Both the position numbers and the translations under genes were made by a program. Of a stretch of DNA of 64,000 nt, positions 57,956-64,000 are shown piece by piece. This stretch comes from Myxococcota bacterium (GTDB taxonomy: Bacteria > Myxococcota_A > Polyangia > Polyangiales > Houyiibacteriaceae). The notes under the pieces were generated by a model. That model saw only the letters and a program-made list of their open reading frames with translations, was not told where the DNA came from and made no database searches. Where the stretch lies: NCBI GenBank assembly GCA_039030515.1, contig JBCCEA010000002.1, positions 96,001-160,000 on the forward strand. Reading direction: 5' to 3'. Position 1 is the stretch's first letter, and every line of letters begins with the position of its first letter.

Positions 57956-58861
57956 ATGAACTTCGTTGCCGCAGGTCTTTCGGACGTTGGACTCCAGCGC
58001 GAAGTCAACGAGGATAGCTTTTGCATCCTGCCCAACCACCGTTTGTTTATCGTGGCAGACGGGATGGGCGGTCATCGGGCGGGAGATGTCGCCAGCAAGA
58101 TGGCCACTCGGTCGATCTCGAGTTTCTTCCAGGAAACGACCGAACTTGATGATTCCACCTGGCCCTTTCATTTCGACCCGCATCTCACGATCGACGAAAA
58201 TCGCCTGGTCGCTGGCATAAAGCTCGCCAACCGGCAGATTTTCGACGCTTCCACCAAAGATCGCGAAGTTCACGGCATGGGAACTACCGTGGTGGGCGCG
58301 CTCTACTCGCGAGAGCAGCGGCGTTTGTACGTGGCGCATGTGGGCGACAGCCGGGCCTACCGGATTCGAAAGGGCGAGATCAAACTGCTCACCCGCGACC
58401 ATTCACTGATCAACGATTATTTGCTCGTCATGCCCGATATGACCGACGAGCAGATGGAGGAGCTGCCGAAAAACGTCATCACCCGTGCGCTCGGAATGCA
58501 AGATTCGGTAGCGGTCGACCTAGCACCCGATGAACCAGAGCAAGGCGACGTCTATGTCCTGTGTTCCGACGGCCTTAGCGGCATGGTCTCAGACGAAGAC
58601 ATCGCCAGAGTCGTAGGCTCCACCGGGGACGACCCAGAACAAACCGCCAAAGAGCTTGTACGTCAGGCGAACGAAAACGGCGGAGAGGACAACGTCACGG
58701 TGGTGGTGCTCCAGTTTCTAAGTAGCGGCCGAGAACAACCCCAGGAAGACGAGACAACCCAAGAGATTCCAGATCCCCGCTTTGCGGAAACCACCGCGAT
58801 GAAGGCGGTGCGCTTTGAAGACGAAGACCCGAGCGGCAGTTCGTCTGGTTTCAAGGGATGA
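57956..58861 (+). CDS. PP2C-type Ser/Thr phosphatase (Stp1/IreP family)
   Basis: DVG..R..NED, VADGMGGH..G, GMGTT, HVGDSR.Y, DHS, NVITRALG, CSDGL, GGEDN.T. Confidence 0.96.
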   Translation: MNFVAAGLSDVGLQREVNEDSFCILPNHRLFIVADGMGGHRAGDVASKMATRSISSFFQETTELDDSTWPFHFDPHLTIDENRLVAGIKLANRQIFDASTKDREVHGMGTTVVGALYSREQRRLYVAHVGDSRAYRIRKGEIKLLTRDHSLINDYLLVMPDMTDEQMEELPKNVITRALGMQDSVAVDLAPDEPEQGDVYVLCSDGLSGMVSDEDIARVVGSTGDDPEQTAKELVRQANENGGEDNVTVVVLQFLSSGREQPQEDETTQEIPDPRFAETTAMKAVRFEDEDPSGSSSGFKG

Positions 58862-58981
58862 ATCCGCGACTCTTTGAGGAAGACTCATCCCCCAAAAGCC
58901 AGCAGGGAAAAGTCAGCCGAAAAATTCACCCGCGCCTCTTGTAGCTTTGCTTGGGACGCGGTTACATCGCGGGCAGCAGCG

Positions 58982-59980
58982 ATGAACAAAACCAACGCCC
59001 ACCTGGGTCTTCTTCAGCCCATCGTTTCACTTCGAACTCGAGCACTTGAGCAGCTCACTCTGCTTCAACTTCGCCCGCAAGCACGCGATGCGATCACGGA
59101 GTACGCGACATCCTGTCTGGGCCTTCATCGAGGCGAGGATGCGATCGAAGCCGGCGATCCGAGCGAGGTCGAATTGTTTCGAGTAGGCGACGAGGTTCGA
59201 GCGCACGTCACCGCGTTCCGCCGAGACACTTCGATCACCGCGTTGACGGTCGATCATCGGCTCGGAGACGAAGAAGCCATCGCTTGGACCCAGGCGACCC
59301 TGTCCTGGTTAATTCCGGAACTCGATGAGCCTCTCGAGATCGAGTTGACTTCAGCCTATCGGCATCTGCTGCCAAGCTTTGCTCAGCAAGGCATCGTACC
59401 AAAGTCCGTCACGCAGATCGGCATACCGGATCGAGCGCTGCATCGACTTCTCAACCAGGGCAGCGAAGCAGACGTCGATAGATTCAGGCTGCCCGAAGGA
59501 TACGCGCTTCAGATCCAAAGCGAGACTCACCTCGGTGAGGTACTAAGGCTGCGCGACCGAGTCGGCTACGAGACCCGTCACGAAGTCGGGGAGTGTGCGC
59601 GTTCCAAGGCGATGTGCTGGGTAGTCCTGAATCAGGAGCAGGTCGTGGGGAACGTACAGGTACACGTACGGGACGATCCCTATTGGGGACGTACCGCCGA
59701 ACTCGACCTCGTTCTTGCTCCGGAGCATTGGAGACCGAGCCTTCTAGGCGCCGCTTATGAAAGAGCGCTGAGGGCTGCAGTGCAGACGGGAGCCGAATGC
59801 GTCCGAAACCGGACGTCGCAACCGGAGACATTCAAGCTGGGACATCTCTGCAGTCTCGTCGTTGAAGCCTACAACCTGCACAGAATCAGAGCGTTCGACT
59901 CCGAATACCGAGCAACACACCTGAAGACCGATCGGCTTGCGCCTCCGCAAGAGCGCTTTCGACCCTTTGCGCGCCCATAG
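58982..59980 (+). CDS. Hypothetical protein, possibly degenerate GNAT-like fold
   Basis: Long ORF filling the gap; C-terminal half WVV....QVVG......AEL.LVLAPEHW is GNAT-like. Confidence 0.6.
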   Translation: MNKTNAHLGLLQPIVSLRTRALEQLTLLQLRPQARDAITEYATSCLGLHRGEDAIEAGDPSEVELFRVGDEVRAHVTAFRRDTSITALTVDHRLGDEEAIAWTQATLSWLIPELDEPLEIELTSAYRHLLPSFAQQGIVPKSVTQIGIPDRALHRLLNQGSEADVDRFRLPEGYALQIQSETHLGEVLRLRDRVGYETRHEVGECARSKAMCWVVLNQEQVVGNVQVHVRDDPYWGRTAELDLVLAPEHWRPSLLGAAYERALRAAVQTGAECVRNRTSQPETFKLGHLCSLVVEAYNLHRIRAFDSEYRATHLKTDRLAPPQERFRPFARP

Positions 59981-60023
59981 GCTTTTGCTACGCACACAAA
60001 CTGCATCTGAGGAGCAGCATACC

Positions 60024-60527
60024 GTGATCGAGTTTACCATTCATCATACGTTCGGCGTGGATGCCGGGACCTTCTGGGACAGGACCTTTATGGATCCCGA
60101 GTTCAACCGAAAACTCTATCTCGAGCATCTCGGTTTTGTGGACTACGAGGTCTTGGAGGATACCCGCGCAGAAAACGGCACCCTGAAGCGTCGCGTGCGG
60201 GGTACCCCGAAAGCGGAAGCACCCAAGGTCATTCAAAAACTGGTTGGCGACAACACAACCTATGTCGAAGAGGGAGACTACGACGGTTCCAGATACCGCT
60301 TTCGTATTCTCTCAGGACAACTTGGCGACAAGATCCAGATCTCTGGTGAAATGTGGGTCGATGCGAAGGGCGAAGACGCGTGCGAACGCTGCGTTCGGAT
60401 GTCGGTTCAGGTCAACATCTTTGGGGTAGGCAAGATGGTGGAGGGGTTCGTAGAAAAGAAGACGCGCGAGAGCTACGACAAGGGAGCGGAGTTCACGCGC
60501 AGTTACCTCGCCAACCCCCAAGCCTAA
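60024..60527 (+). CDS. DUF2505 (SRPBCC/START-like) family protein
   Basis: GAGGAG RBS plus GTG; F.I.H.F, FW...F.D..FN, Y.EEG, V.IFGVG..VE.F. Confidence 0.8.
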   Translation: MIEFTIHHTFGVDAGTFWDRTFMDPEFNRKLYLEHLGFVDYEVLEDTRAENGTLKRRVRGTPKAEAPKVIQKLVGDNTTYVEEGDYDGSRYRFRILSGQLGDKIQISGEMWVDAKGEDACERCVRMSVQVNIFGVGKMVEGFVEKKTRESYDKGAEFTRSYLANPQA

Positions 60528-60617
60528 CCCGACTGAGCACCCCAAAGACCCCGCTGGGCCAAACCGCTGGGCCGAGCCTCGAATCGTTCGACACCGGCAC
60601 TCTGAGACATCGATAGC

Positions 60618-60677
60618 CGCATTCGTGCTGGCTGGTCGCATTCGTACTAGCTGGCCGCATTCGTGCTGGCTGGTCGC
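60618..60677. repeat. 19-bp tandem repeat CGCATTCGT(G/A)CT(G/A)GCTGG(T/C), 3 copies
   Basis: Read directly; convergent DUF2505/ggt gap. Confidence 0.88.
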
Positions 60678-60679
60678 GC

Positions 60680-62485
60680 CTAGTCTCCGGCCGGCGCGCC
60701 ACCCTTGCGCGGATCGCTCGCCGCGATCAGTCGGCCCCGCTCACGATCGATGTAGATGAGCTGGACGACCGCATTGTGATGTACCTCCTGCAGCGCATGT
60801 CCGCGGGCTTCGAGATCGGCGCTCCAAGCATCGGATAGCGGCGCAAACTCCTCAACCCTAAGCCGATTTGGATCGCCTTGATGATGTACGCGACCCGCGG
60901 CGATCGCCTCTCCGGGTTCCATGCCGAGCACGAGCAGGTTTAGCGCGACCTGCTCCGTTGCGGTAATGATCCGGCTCCCTCCTGCAGCGCCCACACAGAG
61001 CACCGGACCCCGAGCGTCGAAGACGATGGTGGGCGACATACTGGAAACGGGTCGCTTCCCCGGTGCGGGTAGATTGGGGGCACCACCGCGCAAACCAAAG
61101 GCGTTCGCCGCTCCGACGGCGCGAGCAAAGTCATCCATCTCGTCGTTCATCACCATCCCGGCCGCGGTGTAGCGGGCTCCAAAAGGGAGATTGATGGTGG
61201 TCGTTACCGAGGCCACGTTGCCGTCCGCATCGACCACGCAGAGATGCGACGTGCCTCCACCGTCCGGCACCGCGACCGATGGATCTTCCGGGTGGAGAGG
61301 AACGTCGAACCGGGAGGCCGGCATCGACAAGCTCGGGTGATAGGCTTGGGCGCGCTGGTCGAGCCGATCGGATGCGCCCATCGCAGCGAGGGGCACCCGC
61401 ACATGGTCGGGATCTCCAAAGTAGCGGGCACGGTCGAGGTAGGGGCCCTTCCACGACTCTGCAAGCGCATGCAAAAAACGCGGTCCGGCCCGACGAGCAG
61501 CAACCGGTACCCAAAGCTCCAAGAGAGCAAGACTCTGCAGCATGGTAAACCCTCCGGCGCTGGGCGGAGGCGCGGTGACAAACCGGAAGCCCAGGTAGTC
61601 GCCCGTGAGCGGCTCCCGTTCTGCAGTCCGGTAGGACGCGAGGTCTTCTAGGGTAAAGAGCCCACCGGCTCGCCGATTGGATGCCGCGATCGCCTCGGCG
61701 ATCGCACCTGTGTACACGGCGGCAGCCCCGCCATCAGCAAAGGCCTGCAGCGTACGTGCAAGTTCAGGCTGACGTAAGGTCTGACCTGCGCGGAGCCCTC
61801 CAGAGTCCGCTTCAAACCAGCGGGCCATCACCGGGTCCTGGCGCATTTGGTCGGCAAAATGCTGGCTCATCCGCGCGACGTAGGGGGTCACCTCCATACC
61901 CTCAGCAGCCAGCCGCAGAGCGGGCGCCACGACAAGGTTCCGGTCGATGCGACCAAACCGGCGCAACATCTCGTCGATTCCGGCAGGTTCACCGGGAACT
62001 CCCGAGGCAAGCCCTCCGATCTGTGAGGGTCGCGCAAGAGGACCTTCCGCAACGTGGTCCGGAGCCTCGACAAACATCGAAGGGGATGCAGCGCCCGGGG
62101 CTCGCTCTCGAAAATCGAGAAAAGTGGCTTTTTTTGCCTCGGCATCCCAATAGAGGAGAAATCCTCCCCCGCCCAAACCGCTCGACCCCGGACTGGTCAC
62201 GCCGAGCGCAAGCATGGCCGCAGCGGCGCCGTCTGCTGCGCTGCCTCCAGCAGACAGCACCTCACGAGCCGCTTCAGACGCCTGAGCACTGTCGGTCGCG
62301 ACCGCGTAGCGCTCGTACATTCTTGCGCCGAGGCCTTCTGATTGCTGCGCTTCCGGCTGCTGCGCTTCTGCTGAACCGTGGCCGAGCCAGATCAGGACTG
62401 CTGCCAGAACACGTGTCGGCGTCTTCACCGAGCGACTGCGTAAATTCAAAGAGGAACCGTGTATATTCACAGGGCCACCATGCAC
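60680..62485 (-). CDS. ggt: Gamma-glutamyltransferase
   Basis: SSGLGGGGF, DFRERAP, GVPG, PPPSAGG, T-S-H nucleophile (GTSH..VVD), NDEMDDF, PGKRP.SSMSP, SDPRKGG. Start may be GTG 62428. Confidence 0.96.
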   Translation of the reverse strand: MHGGPVNIHGSSLNLRSRSVKTPTRVLAAVLIWLGHGSAEAQQPEAQQSEGLGARMYERYAVATDSAQASEAAREVLSAGGSAADGAAAAMLALGVTSPGSSGLGGGGFLLYWDAEAKKATFLDFRERAPGAASPSMFVEAPDHVAEGPLARPSQIGGLASGVPGEPAGIDEMLRRFGRIDRNLVVAPALRLAAEGMEVTPYVARMSQHFADQMRQDPVMARWFEADSGGLRAGQTLRQPELARTLQAFADGGAAAVYTGAIAEAIAASNRRAGGLFTLEDLASYRTAEREPLTGDYLGFRFVTAPPPSAGGFTMLQSLALLELWVPVAARRAGPRFLHALAESWKGPYLDRARYFGDPDHVRVPLAAMGASDRLDQRAQAYHPSLSMPASRFDVPLHPEDPSVAVPDGGGTSHLCVVDADGNVASVTTTINLPFGARYTAAGMVMNDEMDDFARAVGAANAFGLRGGAPNLPAPGKRPVSSMSPTIVFDARGPVLCVGAAGGSRIITATEQVALNLLVLGMEPGEAIAAGRVHHQGDPNRLRVEEFAPLSDAWSADLEARGHALQEVHHNAVVQLIYIDRERGRLIAASDPRKGGAPAGD

Positions 62486-62581
62486 CGAGTGCGCTGAGCG
62501 CTCCAGTCAACGCTCGGAAAAGCCGCTCGAGAAAACACCTGCTCTTGGCGCGGTTGCTTCCGGATGATACGGCTCATGACG

Positions 62582-63529
62582 ATGCATTTGGTATTCATCA
62601 TGGATCCGGTTTCAACGGTGGTGGTCGATGAAGACACTTCCTTTGCACTGATGGCGCAGGCGGAGCGACGCGGGCATCGCGTGAGCCACGCTTTGGCGCG
62701 AGACATCTCGCTACACCATGGCCGACCCAGGGCGCGGATCGCTCAAGCCAAAATGTCCCGTGAATCAACGCAGCCCGTCACGCTCTCTTCGCACGAAGAC
62801 ATCGCCCTCGACGAGGTGGACGCGATCTTCATTCGGAAAGACCCTCCTTTTGACGCGGACTACCTTTGGCTGACCCTGATGCTCGAGCCCTTGCGTGGCC
62901 ACACCCTCGTCATGAACGATCCGCGTGGACTTCGGGACGCCAACGAAAAACTCTACGCCTGCCATTTTCCGGAGTGCATGCCCAAAACCCTCGTGTCGAG
63001 CGATGCGGACGCGATCAAAAACTTCACTCAAAGCGTGGGCGGACGCGCCGTCATCAAACCGATCGACGGACATGGGGGCAAGGGGATTTTCGTCCTTTCA
63101 GAGGGCGATCTCAATCTGAACGCACACATCGAATCGGTCACCGAAGGAGGAAGCCGGGTCGCGATGATCCAGGCCTACCTCCCCGAGGTTCGCGTTGGGG
63201 ACAAGCGGATCTTACTGCTCGACGGTGAGGCGCTGGGCGCGATTCTAAGGGTTCCCGCGGCAGGCGATGCGCGCAGCAACATTCACGTAGGCGGGTCGGT
63301 GGTCGCTGCGAAACTCGATGCTGCCGACCACCGCATCGTCGAGCAGCTCCGCCCCAAGCTGCATCAAGACGGGCTGTATTTCGTCGGGCTAGACGTCATC
63401 GGAGGCTACCTGACCGAAGTCAACGTCACGAGTCCGACCGGAATACAGCAAATGAGCCGACTTGATGGGGTATCGCACGAAGACCGAGTGATCGAGTGGA
63501 TCGAGCGTCGCGTGCTCGAGCGCACCTGA
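62582..63529 (+). CDS. gshB: Glutathione synthetase
   Basis: FIMDP, DTSFA, RKDPPFD..Y, NEKL, KP.DG.GG.G, GDKRI, R.N.HVGG, E.NVTSPTG. Confidence 0.97.
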   Translation: MHLVFIMDPVSTVVVDEDTSFALMAQAERRGHRVSHALARDISLHHGRPRARIAQAKMSRESTQPVTLSSHEDIALDEVDAIFIRKDPPFDADYLWLTLMLEPLRGHTLVMNDPRGLRDANEKLYACHFPECMPKTLVSSDADAIKNFTQSVGGRAVIKPIDGHGGKGIFVLSEGDLNLNAHIESVTEGGSRVAMIQAYLPEVRVGDKRILLLDGEALGAILRVPAAGDARSNIHVGGSVVAAKLDAADHRIVEQLRPKLHQDGLYFVGLDVIGGYLTEVNVTSPTGIQQMSRLDGVSHEDRVIEWIERRVLERT

Positions 63530-63553
63530 TCGCTGAGATGCTCTCAAGGGTGT

Positions 63554-63847
63554 CTATCGCTGCGGACCGTCAAACCATCTCGAGAGACGCTGCAGGGCGA
63601 TCGAGCCCAACCCAGCGGACAAAAAACTCGCACCAAACACGGCGAGGCCGGAAAGCATGCGTTCCGAGGCTATCCCTGAAGCGTGAAGGGACATGCCGAT
63701 GAGTCCGAATAAAGGCAAAAAATAAAGCCAAACGCCGCCTCCGGGCACCCGAAAGGCGCTTGTCTGGATTGGCGATCGGAGCACCACAGAACCGAGTAGC
63801 GCTCCGGTTCCCAACACCAGGGAAGCAAAATAGAGAACGTTCCACAC
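63554..63847 (-). CDS. Small membrane protein (3 TM segments)
   Basis: Three hydrophobic segments; follows the acyl-CoA ligase gene on the same strand. Confidence 0.6.
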   Translation of the reverse strand: MWNVLYFASLVLGTGALLGSVVLRSPIQTSAFRVPGGGVWLYFLPLFGLIGMSLHASGIASERMLSGLAVFGASFLSAGLGSIALQRLSRWFDGPQR

Positions 63848-63868
63848 CGATAAAGGGTCTAGGCGTGC

Positions 63869-64000
63869 CTAAGAGGCATAGGCCATCTTTGAGGGCTGCA
63901 GATAGAGCGCCTCGATCTCGTTTGCGTGGTTCTGAACAATGGAGTGACGACGGGGTTTCATCGTCGGGGTTAGGTCTCCTTTTTCTACGGTAAGGGGCTC
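63869..64000 (-). CDS. C-terminal end of long-chain-fatty-acid--CoA ligase (truncated by window edge)
   Basis: EPLTVEKGDLTPTMKPRRHSIVQNHANEIEALY..*: the LTPTxKxRR...IE.LY terminal motif. Confidence 0.85.
   Translation of the reverse strand, partial: EPLTVEKGDLTPTMKPRRHSIVQNHANEIEALYLQPSKMAYAS

Noticed and set aside
61681..62631. 316-aa + strand ORF and similar long Arg/Pro-rich ORFs elsewhere
   Set aside because: Shadow ORFs of high-GC genes such as ggt, uvrA and dnaX.

Overview
A 64-kb stretch of core chromosome from a myxobacterium. The assignment to Myxococcota (most like Polyangiales/Sandaracinaceae) is inferred from the Hanks kinases, PP2C, PilZ-like and Cys-rich lipoproteins, sigma54-type promoters and a Myxococcus-type LexA box. 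GC looks lower than in typical myxobacteria (judged by eye, not computed). Housekeeping content: dnaX-ybaB-recR, tRNA-Leu(TAA), panD, purB-purC-proS, feoAB, tkt, prs-rplY-pth-rpsF-rpsR-rplI-dnaB, hisIE, cinA-recA, an M16 protease pair, glmS plus two glycosyltransferases, uvrA, leuB-like, ggt/gshB. I saw no CRISPR array, prophage, transposase or rRNA. The most notable items are: (1) a TerB-domain plus eukaryote-type PPP phosphatase fusion, divergent from Fur-boxed feoAB; (2) a degenerate-PilZ plus redox-Cys HxlR fusion behind a sigma54-like promoter, next to yggX; (3) a two-gene pair of pseudo-receiver DNA-binding proteins (XRE and BldC-like); (4) a tandem array of a ~108-bp CTAG-ended palindromic MITE-like element whose arm overlaps the uvrA 3' end; (5) short tandem duplications concentrated in convergent intergenic gaps, several copying the gene end; (6) a low-GC orphan islet at the tRNA 3' end; (7) candidate structured leaders of panD and rpsF. 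All calls come from motif reading only; no searches were run.
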